Shown here one piece after another: positions 8,401 through 16,493 of a DNA stretch of 32,000 nt (positions are counted from its first letter, which is position 1; each line of letters opens with the position of its first letter). This DNA is from Candidatus Paracaedimonas acanthamoebae (GTDB lineage: Bacteria > Pseudomonadota > Alphaproteobacteria > Caedimonadales > Caedimonadaceae), in NCBI GenBank assembly GCA_000743035.1, contig CP008936.1:990001-1022000 (forward strand). Direction: 5' to 3'. The notes below the pieces were generated by a model that saw only the letters and a program-made list of their open reading frames with translations, made no database searches and was not told the origin of the DNA. Made by a program: the position numbers and the translations under genes.

Positions 8401-8630
8401 CCTCCTTTACTTGGCATGATGTATACTTCGGGATATCCTTCTTCTGAGCCTACAAATGCTAATTGCATCCCATCAGGAGAGAAAACTGGAGTGCTGATAG
8501 AACCAAGACCTGAGGTAAGTCGCCGAGCAACCCCTCCTTCAGTTGAAGCCACCCAAAGATCATCTTCAGAAACAAAGACAACCTGGTCTTTAAAAATTGC
8601 TGGGTAACGATAATAGCCTTCTGCACTCAT
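5433..8630 (-). CDS. tri: Tricorn protease homolog (1065 aa): beta-propellers, PDZ and S41-type serine peptidase domain
   Basis: The N-terminus YYRYPAIFKDQVVFVSEDDLW is tricorn-like, and TolB-like SPDG propeller repeats recur. The C-terminal part carries VGYIHIPDMG and NEYAGSDGDMF, which I recall as the regions holding the catalytic His and Ser of tricorn. Size matches the family. Confidence 0.9.
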   Translation of the reverse strand: MSAEGYYRYPAIFKDQVVFVSEDDLWVASTEGGVARRLTSGLGSISTPVFSPDGMQLAFVGSEEGYPEVYIMPSKGGPIKRLTFLGEEVNVITWTEEGIIFASSAGQPFSRWNALWCVSPNGGEPQRLPIGPANFISFKEKGSKVAVIQRHGYREYGFWKRYRGGTAGQLWIDQFGKGNFKSLLELRSDFARPLWIQDRIYFSSDHEGVGNLYSCLIDGSDIRQHTNHSDYYVRNQSTDGYRIVYHAGGNLYLFDPQENTTKKVTFDYHSTKFQRNRKFIAPGRHLEDFTIHPKGHHLAVVTRGKAFAFGNWEGAVFQLGAQQGVRFRIPRWLHDGERVLLIHDRDCEETLEIYHGGTSECLSSSGELSFGRAENIYPNPCKDEAILINHRNEIFHIDLSSWKLTKIDRSEYSNIDGVSWSPDGEWVAYNCSFTRRTIGLKLYHVKTNKLTPITQPLMRDLSPAFDPEGKYLYFLSYRHFNPSWDALHFELGFPRGMKPYAIALQKDTASPFIPKALELSTKEEEKDKKKNDKKANKIEKINIDLEGIENRLIAFPIEEGLYSDLVALKGKIAYLSWHVEGALHDPEDSLDYEGGTLEVFDFESQKVDDLIHNVSVLNFSLDSQWICYKTGSKLRVFKADEKPDDRDMDKPNRKNGWIDLSRLRVAVNPVFEWEQMYKEAWRLQRDHFWSEDMSKVDWQQIYKRYYNLLPRLGSRGELSDLLWEMQGELGTSHAYVYGGDLRMAPRYTVGQLAADFIFDSKKRVYQFVKIARGDHWLPTKGSPLLQPGLGIKEGDLLWAINHQELDETTSPSSLLVYQANIEVALTISDKDGKNKRDVIVKTARSQTNIRYRDWVETNRTYIHEKSQGKVGYIHIPDMGAHGFAEFHRSFLAECDREGLIVDVRFNGGGNVSALLLEKLARRRLGYDASRHHGLIPYPEDSPAGPMVAITNEYAGSDGDMFSHAFKLMKLGPLIGKRTWGGVIGIAPRYPLVDGGMTTQPEFSFWFKDVGLKLENYGVDPDIEIDITPQDYTEGKDPQLERALKEVSEIMENYSYVMPEFGKKII

Positions 8631-8882
8631 GGATAATCTCTCTTCTCTTCTTCTATGTTCCAGGATAAGGAAAATCTATATAAAATCAAGCGTTAGAGCG
8701 AATTAATTATAATTAAATTAAATCAAAAGCAACAAATAATACTTAATGACAAAATTTTATCGATTTTAAATATAGTATTTATTTTATTTGCATACTCAAA
8801 AATTTATTCTTAGCCCATCTAATTGACAATAAATAAGAGAGTATGATGTAACAATAATGCAAACAACATTAATGAGGTAAAA

Positions 8883-9368
8883 ATGCTTAAAAAATCAATT
8901 CCCTTTGCCTGTATTTTATTAACAGCATGCGGAAGCAGCAAGACAATGGTATTAGATACTTGCGCTGAAACTAAATACGTTAAAAATTTTGAATTAATTC
9001 ATGGAAAGTCAACAACAAGTGTTCCCAAGGAAGCACAAGAACTATTTCGTAATATAATAGATAAAAAACTAACAGAAATAGGTTATTCAAAAGGTAATGA
9101 ACTAATTATTGAATATCGTTTTATTCAATTTGATGAAGGCGATCAATTTGCTCGATGGATGTGGGGAGGCTTAGGAAACAGCGGTGAAGGAGAAATGACC
9201 GCAGAAGTAAGATTTAAAGATTTAAAAGGTAATGAACTTTCAAAGATTCATGTTGGAGGCAAGATTAGCAGTGGTGTCTTTGGAGGCTCATTTGATCATG
9301 CCGTTGAAAACGCCGCCCATGAAGTCGTTAGATATGTAGAAAAATCATTTCCAAAAGCAACTGCTTAA
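8883..9368 (+). CDS. Uncharacterised small lipoprotein (161 aa)
   Basis: It has a signal peptide with lipobox ILLTAC|G, and a Gly-rich C-terminal half (WGGLGNSGEGE, GGKISSGVFGGSF). A Shine-Dalgarno-like GAGG lies upstream of the ATG. I recognise no catalytic motifs. Confidence 0.7.
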   Translation: MLKKSIPFACILLTACGSSKTMVLDTCAETKYVKNFELIHGKSTTSVPKEAQELFRNIIDKKLTEIGYSKGNELIIEYRFIQFDEGDQFARWMWGGLGNSGEGEMTAEVRFKDLKGNELSKIHVGGKISSGVFGGSFDHAVENAAHEVVRYVEKSFPKATA

Positions 9369-9387
9369 AAAATATTGTAAATAATCA

Positions 9388-9416
9388 CCCCCCTCTTTTG
9401 ATTTAAAAATAGGGGG
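9388..9416. terminator. Possible bidirectional hairpin terminator between the convergent lipoprotein and MBL genes
   Basis: CCCCCCT...AGGGGG arms are extended by inner TTTT/AAAA pairing, and CTCTTTT follows on the plus strand. The loop geometry is imperfect. Confidence 0.4.
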
Positions 9417-9439
9417 CTCTTTTATGAACTCTACTCTTA

Positions 9440-10222
9440 TCAAAATTCAATTACCATCCCATCGTATGCAGGCTCAATATGAGAAGGAAGCTCTTTTTTT
9501 AGTGTTTCATAATCAAGAGAAGGATTCATATGTGTTAAAATAGCCTTTTTAGGCTTCATTTTTTCAATCCACTTTAAGGCTTTTTCAAGATGCAAGTGTG
9601 AGGGTTTTGGTTCTCGACTTAAACAATCAATAATCCATACATCAAGCCCCTTTAGACACTCTTGAGCTATCTCATCGAAATCTGTGACATCTGTTGAATA
9701 AGCCACGTTTCCAAAACAGTACCCAAGCGAGGTTCCTATCCCATGTATTTGCGTAAAACTAACAATAGGTGTGTCTTGCACTAAAAAAGTATTGGAAATG
9801 ACATGAGATTCTAAAATCTTAGGATAAATAAAATGCTCCCCTCCCTCAAACAAATAAGAAAAGCTTTCTCTCAATTTTTGAATGGTCTCTTCGCTTCCAT
9901 AAACAGGTATAGTTCTCTCTTTTCTCGCAAAAAAGAGTGAGCGCAATTCATCAATCCCATGGGTATGATCCGCATGCTCATGCGTATATAAAACAGCATC
10001 AATATCACGAAGACCAAAGGTTAAAAATTGTTGCCGCAGGTCTGGGGATGTATCAATAAGTAATTTTTTTCCTTCGTATTCAACATAAATAGAAGCTCGC
10101 ATCCTTCTATTTTTAGGGTTAGTTGAATCGCAAGCTCCCCAAAAACCACCAGATTGGGACCCAATAAGAGGAATCCCCCCAGAAGGCCCACATCCAAGAA
10201 TAATTACTTTATTTTTGCTCAT
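9440..10222 (-). CDS. MBL-fold metallo-hydrolase (260 aa)
   Basis: It has the HxHxDH motif HEHADHTHG and downstream His/Asp ligands. It sits directly after tatD, which is its usual place in alphaproteobacteria as I recall. Confidence 0.8.
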   Translation of the reverse strand: MSKNKVIILGCGPSGGIPLIGSQSGGFWGACDSTNPKNRRMRASIYVEYEGKKLLIDTSPDLRQQFLTFGLRDIDAVLYTHEHADHTHGIDELRSLFFARKERTIPVYGSEETIQKLRESFSYLFEGGEHFIYPKILESHVISNTFLVQDTPIVSFTQIHGIGTSLGYCFGNVAYSTDVTDFDEIAQECLKGLDVWIIDCLSREPKPSHLHLEKALKWIEKMKPKKAILTHMNPSLDYETLKKELPSHIEPAYDGMVIEF

Positions 10223-11009
10223 TGTGTTTTGCTTTAGAAAAAAGCTGAAAAAAATTATCTGTTGTCATTTGAGCAAGCTCTTCTAACGACACATTTTTTA
10301 ATTCTGCTACCTTCTCAGCTGTATAAATCATCATGGCTGGCTCATTCTTTTTCCCTCTATGAGGAATTGGCGCCAAGAAAGGGGCATCTGTTTCCAATAA
10401 AAGGCGATTTAATGGAATTGTACGAACAACATTACGCAACTCTTCAGCTTTTGCAAAAGTTACTATTCCAGAAATAGAGATATAAAATCCTAAAGCCAAA
10501 GCTTCTTCTGCTAACCATTGGCTGCCTGTAAAACAGTGAATAACACCTTTAGCTTTGCCTCCTGACTTTTTAAGCAAGTTAATTGTTTCTTTTTCGGCAT
10601 CACGAGTGTGTATACTCAAAGGAAGGTTTACCTCTGTCGCAACATCGATATGCGCTTCAAACATATTTTGTTGTAGTGTACGTGGACTATGTTCATAATA
10701 AAAATCCAGTCCAGCTTCTCCGATTCCAATAACTTTAGAGTGTTTGGTACATTCTTTTAGATGATCACTAAGCTCAATTAATGTAAGATTTTTTAATGTC
10801 TCTTCAGCTTCATGAGGATGAATACCAACCGTACAAAAAACGCTCTCATAAGCTTCTGCAATTCTCTGCAGTGGCTTGATTTCTTCTTTCTTTGTGCAAA
10901 TTGTTAACAACGTGCTAACTTTTTGGTCTCTTGCTCTTTGAATAATCACTTCCACTTCACTTGAAAACTCATCAAAATTAAGATGACAATGGCTATCAAC
11001 GAAATTCAT
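10209..11009 (-). CDS. tatD: TatD family metal-dependent hydrolase/DNase (266 aa)
   Basis: It has the N-terminal DSHCHL motif, GIHPHEA, GEAGLDFYY, IHTRDA and ETDAPFL, a complete TatD signature set. Confidence 0.9.
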   Translation of the reverse strand: MNFVDSHCHLNFDEFSSEVEVIIQRARDQKVSTLLTICTKKEEIKPLQRIAEAYESVFCTVGIHPHEAEETLKNLTLIELSDHLKECTKHSKVIGIGEAGLDFYYEHSPRTLQQNMFEAHIDVATEVNLPLSIHTRDAEKETINLLKKSGGKAKGVIHCFTGSQWLAEEALALGFYISISGIVTFAKAEELRNVVRTIPLNRLLLETDAPFLAPIPHRGKKNEPAMMIYTAEKVAELKNVSLEELAQMTTDNFFQLFSKAKHNEQK

Positions 11010-12066
11010 TCTCTATTCCTTCATTATAAGCTTTAGGCCCAAAAATAAATCCAAGCATCATAATCGCTAAACAGTACTTCCGCTCAAGTCCAACCGCATG
11101 AGGATGATGATAAAAAAAGTTTATTTTATGATAATGCTGCTCCCAAAATTTAAAAGGAAAACGCTTAAGAATCTCGAACTTAAGTTGCTTATCTCCAAGT
11201 ATCAAACTTTCCTCTTCTTCTTGGTATGTTTCAAGAAGATACCGTCCAAGCCACCATGATATGAAATAACCTACAGCCCGATATGAATCGAACTCTTTAT
11301 CTAGCTGAGCTTGTGTATATTTTTCAATAAAAGTGACCAATAATGCGTGTTGTCCATTAATAGCTGCCAGCAAAGCATCCAGAAATTCTTGATAAAACTG
11401 CTTTCCACCTAGCTGCAAAAGCATCATTGCTCTCCCGGGGGAACCCTCAGCAAACATGGTCATCAGGCCAAGCTCTTCATCTGCAACACTATGATATTTC
11501 CCCAGAACCTGCCTTACTTCATCATCAGTTAATCTTTTAAAAACAATCCGTTGGCAACGTGATCTTAGTGTTAGAAGCATTTGTTGTTCTTGTGAAGCAC
11601 ATAATATTAAAAGTGTTCTAGGAGGAGGTTCTTCTAAACTTTTTAAAAGAGCATTTGCAGCTTTTCTTCCTAAGCAGTCTGCGTCTTCGATAAGAACCAC
11701 TCTCCAACCGCCTTCTAATGGAGTTGTCTGGAGGAAATGAACAACCCCTCGGATGACGTCAAGCGGGATTTCTTGTTGGGCTTTTCCTTCTTCATTAGAT
11801 TCTAATTGTAGATGCTTAAAATCCGCATGGCTTTTATTAATAAGCCGACGGAAAATAGGGTCCTCAATATTAATTTCTGAACTTAAGTCTCTACCATTAA
11901 AAAGAGAGTATATGAGTTGATGTGCAACGGTTGATTTCCCAACCCCTTTCGGCCCTACAAAAAGTAAGCCATGAGGAAGTACACCACCCTTGATTTGTTC
12001 AGCAAAATGTTTAAGAATACTCGTGTGGCCGATAATAGGAACAATCTTATTGACGTGCGGTAACAT
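10996..12066 (-). CDS. holB: DNA polymerase III subunit delta prime (356 aa)
   Basis: It has the clamp-loader AAA+ N-terminus with GPKGVGKST, the LLKSLEEPP motif and SRCQ. It follows tmk with a 1-nt TAATG overlap. Confidence 0.85.
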   Translation of the reverse strand: MLPHVNKIVPIIGHTSILKHFAEQIKGGVLPHGLLFVGPKGVGKSTVAHQLIYSLFNGRDLSSEINIEDPIFRRLINKSHADFKHLQLESNEEGKAQQEIPLDVIRGVVHFLQTTPLEGGWRVVLIEDADCLGRKAANALLKSLEEPPPRTLLILCASQEQQMLLTLRSRCQRIVFKRLTDDEVRQVLGKYHSVADEELGLMTMFAEGSPGRAMMLLQLGGKQFYQEFLDALLAAINGQHALLVTFIEKYTQAQLDKEFDSYRAVGYFISWWLGRYLLETYQEEEESLILGDKQLKFEILKRFPFKFWEQHYHKINFFYHHPHAVGLERKYCLAIMMLGFIFGPKAYNEGIENEFR

Positions 12067-12692
12067 TAGAATAAATGACTCAGGATAACCTTAATGATCG
12101 TATCTCTAATTTGAGATTCTTCCTCTTCTGCATTAACAACAACACATCTTTCAGGATAATCTTTCGCAATTTCTAAAAATCCTTTACGTATTTCTTGGTG
12201 AAATTGTAAACTCATTTTCTCAAATCGATCTTCATGAGATGATCGCTTATGAGCACGCATCAATCCAACTTCGGGTGTAATATTCAATATAAGTGTCAGA
12301 TCAGGCGTAATCCCCTCAGAAATGAAATCATAAATTGTCGTAAGAATTTCCAAAGAAACATATTTTGCATATCCTTGATATACAATTGAAGAATCATAAA
12401 ACCGGTCACAGACAACCCAAGTCCCTTCTTCCAAAGCTGGTTTTATTGTTTTAAGGATATGATCGCGCCGAGCCGCCGTAAAGAGCAAATACTCTGTCAA
12501 CGCATCCCAAGAATAAGCAGCTCCATCTACAAGCAACCCTCTAATTAATTCAGCCCCTGGACTTCCTCCTGGCTCTCGGGTCAGTAGAACGTGCTTTCCA
12601 CGAGACTGGAGGAATTCTTTTATATAAGCTGCTTGCGTGGTCTTTCCTGCTCCCTCGCCTCCTTCAAGTGTAATAAACTTACCATGAACCAT
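12066..12692 (-). CDS. tmk: Thymidylate kinase (208 aa)
   Basis: It has FITLEGGEGAGKTT (P-loop), the TREPGG motif and DRF.DSS.VYQG. Confidence 0.93.
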   Translation of the reverse strand: MVHGKFITLEGGEGAGKTTQAAYIKEFLQSRGKHVLLTREPGGSPGAELIRGLLVDGAAYSWDALTEYLLFTAARRDHILKTIKPALEEGTWVVCDRFYDSSIVYQGYAKYVSLEILTTIYDFISEGITPDLTLILNITPEVGLMRAHKRSSHEDRFEKMSLQFHQEIRKGFLEIAKDYPERCVVVNAEEEESQIRDTIIKVILSHLF

Positions 12693-12694
12693 AC

Positions 12695-13831
12695 TTAGTT
12701 ATGTCCAAAAAGAAGATAATGGACAGCAGCCTTAATGCGCTCAATAAAGCTCGCTTTCTCTACCTGATATGCTGAAATTAAAGGAATTTCTTTATCCTTA
12801 GAATTAAGATTTTTTATAATTAATGTCCCTACTCTCTCACCTGCCTTAATAGGTGCTGGCATAGGAGATGGGTACTTTACTTCTATCTTTAAGTTCTTAT
12901 TTTCATGACGAGGTAATGTAACATACACATCCTTTTCAACGGTCATTTCAATAAAAGGTCTATTGCCTAACCATACATCTGCTTTTTCAACGACCTCAGA
13001 TGCTTTAAATAATAAGGGACTGACATAATAAGAGAATCCCCATCGCATCAGGGTTTCTGAATCTTTTGCTCTTGCTTTCTTTGATTTCGCCCCATTGATG
13101 ACCATAATAAGGCGGCGCCCATCCTGTACAGCAGAAGCAACCACGCCATAGCCACCATCATCTGTACTTCCTGTCTTTAAACCATCACACTCTGGCATTG
13201 TATAAAGAAGTGGATTGCGATTCATTTGGCGAATCCCACCAAAAATAAAAACCATTTCTCTATAAAAAGGGTAATACTCTGGAAAGTTCTCTATTGTTTT
13301 CTTCGCAATCAAAGCTAAATCATAAGGCGTTGAATAATGATTTTCATCAGGCCAGCCTGTCGCATTTACAAAATTTGAATTGAGAGCACCAAGTTCTCGG
13401 GCTTTATGGGTCATTTGTGTGGAAAATGCTTCTTCGCTTCCAGCAATCCCTTCTGCAAGCACTATAGAAGCATCGTTACCTGATTGTACAATGACACCTC
13501 GGATGAGATCTTCAACTCTCACACGATCCCCAACCTTAACAAACATCTTTGACCCTTGCTTACGCCACGCCTTCTCACTTACAATGAATGTGTCATCCAT
13601 TTTAAGACGCCCAGCTTTCAATTCTTCAAAAACCAAATACATCGTAAGTATTTTAGTCATTGAAGAGGGGAGCATTTGAGTATCTGCCCCCTTATCAAAC
13701 AGAACTTGATCTGTTGTTGTATCGACTAAAATTGCTTGAGTTGACTCAAGAGGAAGTTTTCCATCTCCTTGAGCAGATGAAGTTATTAAAAATATTAAAA
13801 AAACAAGAAAATTAATTTTTTTATTTTTCAT
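12695..13831 (-). CDS. D-alanyl-D-alanine carboxypeptidase, PBP5/6 class (378 aa)
   Basis: It has a signal peptide, the SxxK motif SMTK, the SxN motif SGN and the KTG motif LKTGST. A C-terminal PBP5-type beta domain is present. Confidence 0.9.
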   Translation of the reverse strand: MKNKKINFLVFLIFLITSSAQGDGKLPLESTQAILVDTTTDQVLFDKGADTQMLPSSMTKILTMYLVFEELKAGRLKMDDTFIVSEKAWRKQGSKMFVKVGDRVRVEDLIRGVIVQSGNDASIVLAEGIAGSEEAFSTQMTHKARELGALNSNFVNATGWPDENHYSTPYDLALIAKKTIENFPEYYPFYREMVFIFGGIRQMNRNPLLYTMPECDGLKTGSTDDGGYGVVASAVQDGRRLIMVINGAKSKKARAKDSETLMRWGFSYYVSPLLFKASEVVEKADVWLGNRPFIEMTVEKDVYVTLPRHENKNLKIEVKYPSPMPAPIKAGERVGTLIIKNLNSKDKEIPLISAYQVEKASFIERIKAAVHYLLFGHN

Positions 13832-13838
13832 TAGTTAT

Positions 13839-14972
13839 TTATCCATTAAAGACGACAATTGAATCTCTCGGCATAGAATAACCGATTGCCTTGATGTGGT
13901 TAGCAAGTTTCCTAGCTTGCACATCATTATAACAAGGCCCAACAACAATCCGATAAAGCTGCTTTTTACTAAAACTTACAGACTCTAGACGTACAGGCAT
14001 GGAACTCAATTTTCTTTGAATCAGCACTTTAGCTTGTTGAGCTTGCTGAGGATGAATAAACATTCCAGCTTGAATAAACACGCCTTTAGTAACCGGTGTT
14101 TTTGAGCTTTTGTGGGCAAGCTCTCTTCTATACCTCATATTATTCCCCTGGGATGGTGCTTTGTAATGAGCCGTAGGCAGGGAAATATTGCGTGAAGAAG
14201 TATAGTTCACTTTCTGAACAAAAGCATCAGATTTTTCAGGAGTTTCTGTTTTATGTTCATATGCTTGCGAAAACTCAGCTATCTCATCCTTTAAGGCCAA
14301 TAATATGGCTTCATGATTTTGAGGAACGCTTGATTTATGAGTACTCAGTTTTTCCTTGTGTTTCTTTTGAGGAACATTTTGTGCAAGTAAAGTTTCTTGT
14401 GTTAAATTAGGGTCTATATTATCTGTATGCCCCTGAACAAGCAGCATTGTTTCGGGCATTAAGGTTTTAACATGGACTCGTGCTGTACCTTGTTTATAAA
14501 AACCTAAAAGCTGTGCAGTACGTCTAGATACATCAATGATACGACCATTAACAAAGGGCCCCCTATCATTGACTTTTACTTTTATGCTTCTTCCGTTCTC
14601 TAGGTTTGTAACTTGTAAAATACATGGGATAGGAGCTGTTTTGTGCGCAGCACTCACCTCATTCATATCAAAAATCTCGCCATTGGATGTCTTTCTGCCA
14701 TGGAATACATCTGTTCCTCCATAATAGGAAGCTATTCCTTCTTCATTGATATTATAATGCGGCTGAGGTGTGTACCATTCTCCTTTAATTTGATAAGGCT
14801 TGTTGTAAGCTTTTTTCGCGAATTTAGGATGAACCTGCGAGCATGTAGATAATGACTCAAAATCATCACAAGGACCACCGCAAGCCACTAAAAATATCGC
14901 TGTAAACATAGATAAAATTTGTGCAAGCGACTTTATAGAATTCTTATATTTACTATTAATCATCAATTGCAC
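13839..14972 (-). CDS. rlpA: Septal ring lytic transglycosylase RlpA family lipoprotein with C-terminal SPOR domain (377 aa)
   Basis: It has a lipobox (FLVAC|G) and a DPBB domain (IASYYG..FHGRKTSNGEIFD...AAHKT.P...VTNLENGRSIKVKVNDRGPF). The C-terminus is SPOR-like (VFIQAGMF....YRIVVGP). Confidence 0.88.
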   Translation of the reverse strand: MQLMINSKYKNSIKSLAQILSMFTAIFLVACGGPCDDFESLSTCSQVHPKFAKKAYNKPYQIKGEWYTPQPHYNINEEGIASYYGGTDVFHGRKTSNGEIFDMNEVSAAHKTAPIPCILQVTNLENGRSIKVKVNDRGPFVNGRIIDVSRRTAQLLGFYKQGTARVHVKTLMPETMLLVQGHTDNIDPNLTQETLLAQNVPQKKHKEKLSTHKSSVPQNHEAILLALKDEIAEFSQAYEHKTETPEKSDAFVQKVNYTSSRNISLPTAHYKAPSQGNNMRYRRELAHKSSKTPVTKGVFIQAGMFIHPQQAQQAKVLIQRKLSSMPVRLESVSFSKKQLYRIVVGPCYNDVQARKLANHIKAIGYSMPRDSIVVFNG

Positions 14973-14993
14973 TAATTTCGCCTCATCTACAGT

Positions 14994-15046
14994 GTAAAAT
15001 TAAGATTCCTTACCTGCGAACCTTATTCAGGTTTAGGTAAGAATTC
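14994..15046 (-). terminator. Candidate intrinsic terminator/attenuator overlapping the stop of the DUF218 gene, just upstream of rlpA
   Basis: The minus-strand RNA reads GAAUUCUUACCU-A-AACCU-GAAUA-AGGUU-CGC-AGGUAAGGAAUC. It forms a 12-position outer stem (1 mismatch, 1 GU) plus a 5-bp inner stem, followed by UUAAUUUUA. Confidence 0.4.
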
Positions 15047-15853
15047 ATTGGTATAACCAAAAAGGTGGCCTGTGATTAAGCCTGCCCATTCTCTCATACT
15101 GTTCCACCAAGCATGAAAACCACGATAAATGCTAAGATTAAAGGACCAGCTATAATCTCCTCTGGTATGGTAATCTACAGGGTAAGGGATAATATTCCAA
15201 CCAACCTTCTTAAACAGAGCAATGGCTCGTGGCATATGGATTGCAGAAGTCACTAATACCCATTTATCTTCGGGTTTAGGCTTAATAATCTCATATGAAA
15301 ATTGGGCATTTTCGATTGTATTTTTTGATTTATCTTCAAGAGTAATTCTTTTTATATCAACTCCTAAGCGCTCAAATACTTCTTTAGCAAATGAAGCTTC
15401 AGTTTCTTTCCCGACTAACTGATGTCCCCCACCACTAAACAAAATAGGAAGATTTGGGTACTGGAAGGCTAACTCAATAAATTGAATCATGCGTCCTCCT
15501 GCTTGATTATAAGACGCCATTTTTCGGGCATTTGAAACTGGCATATCTAAACTCCCGCCAAGCAAGATCAGGCCTTTTGCATCTGCCGCAATTTGAGCGG
15601 GCTGTTGAAATCTATTTTCTAACAATGTTGCTGACCATTGACCAAAAGGTAGAAAAACCATAATCACTAATACAAATTCGGTCGCAAATAAAATACGACG
15701 TCCCCACGCACTCCATCGAGTTGCTAATAAATTAACACCCAACATAATAAGCACAAAGAGAATAACATCAAAATTGATAATATAGCTAAAAACGTTATAG
15801 AGAAGATCGTAAAGCATATCATTTCCTTGATTTTGATATAAGTTATTCAACAT
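15023..15853 (-). CDS. DUF218 domain membrane protein, ElyC/SanA/YdcF family (276 aa)
   Basis: N-terminal TM helices are followed by LILLGGS, GGG and the VLVTSAIHMPRA motif typical of DUF218 proteins. Confidence 0.75.
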   Translation of the reverse strand: MLNNLYQNQGNDMLYDLLYNVFSYIINFDVILFVLIMLGVNLLATRWSAWGRRILFATEFVLVIMVFLPFGQWSATLLENRFQQPAQIAADAKGLILLGGSLDMPVSNARKMASYNQAGGRMIQFIELAFQYPNLPILFSGGGHQLVGKETEASFAKEVFERLGVDIKRITLEDKSKNTIENAQFSYEIIKPKPEDKWVLVTSAIHMPRAIALFKKVGWNIIPYPVDYHTRGDYSWSFNLSIYRGFHAWWNSMREWAGLITGHLFGYTNEFLPKPE

Positions 15854-15923
15854 ATTAGGCTATTTTAAGCTTTTTGCAAGCTGTTCTTTAGCTGCTATCA
15901 CCATTTCTAGTATTTGCTACTTA

Positions 15924-16397
15924 TTAATGAATCAAGAGATTATCAAACATTGATCGCATAATGTTTGGAACTCCTGCTAATACAAAAACATTCTCAATAA
16001 AATAACCAGGAGCACCACTAATTGGATTAGAAATCAAATGGGCACCCTGAGGAAGATCCGCCATTCTTAAACGCTCTTCTGTATAAGGTAAACTCCGAGA
16101 ATATTTCTCCAACAATAACTGTTCAGCTTTAGGATCTCGCCGAATAGGTAAATTAAAAATTTTTGCAATTGCAATAGTCGTTACATCATCATGAGTAGGA
16201 CCGCTTCCTCCCGTCGTAAATACATAAGTATATTTTTTTCGGCATTCATTAACAGTACTAACTATTGTCTCAACGTCATCAATAATGATCCGTGCCTCTA
16301 AAAGAGTAATTCCTTTTTCAAATAACTTTTCAGCAATATAGTTAATGTTTAAGTCCTGAATTCGCCCTGAAAGAATCTCATTTCCAATCACAATCAC
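15924..16397 (-). CDS. CinA-like molybdopterin-binding (MoCF) domain protein; short (157 aa from a GTG) and probably 5'-frameshifted
   Basis: VIGNEILSGRIQDLNINYIAEKL ... TTGGSGPTHDDVT ... VFVLAGVP is the CinA N-terminal domain signature. The ORF as given starts at a GTG without a Shine-Dalgarno sequence. An ATG with AAGGA upstream at 16428 is out of frame by one base across an A7 run (see findings). Confidence 0.7.
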   Translation of the reverse strand: MIVIGNEILSGRIQDLNINYIAEKLFEKGITLLEARIIIDDVETIVSTVNECRKKYTYVFTTGGSGPTHDDVTTIAIAKIFNLPIRRDPKAEQLLLEKYSRSLPYTEERLRMADLPQGAHLISNPISGAPGYFIENVFVLAGVPNIMRSMFDNLLIH

Positions 16398-16493
16398 GGC
16401 AGTAGTCGGCGATTTTTTTATACTTCATGGTTTTATCCTTCTCGAAGCAACCGAGCTATGATAAGAGAAAAGGGATAAAAATTAAAGGATCAG

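Noticed and set aside
8823-8858. A perfect TTGACA upstream of the lipoprotein gene as a promoter -35
   Set aside because: No acceptable -10 hexamer lies at 16-18 nt spacing. TATGAT is 13 nt away, and AATAAT is 24 nt away. I did not report it as a feature.
9440-10222. The MBL-fold protein, with the PBP genes at 12695-13831 and 27330-29147, as possible beta-lactam resistance determinants
   Set aside because: The MBL protein has no signal peptide and sits in the conserved tatD-MBL housekeeping position. The PBPs are the normal DD-carboxypeptidase and elongasome PBP2 in their usual operons.
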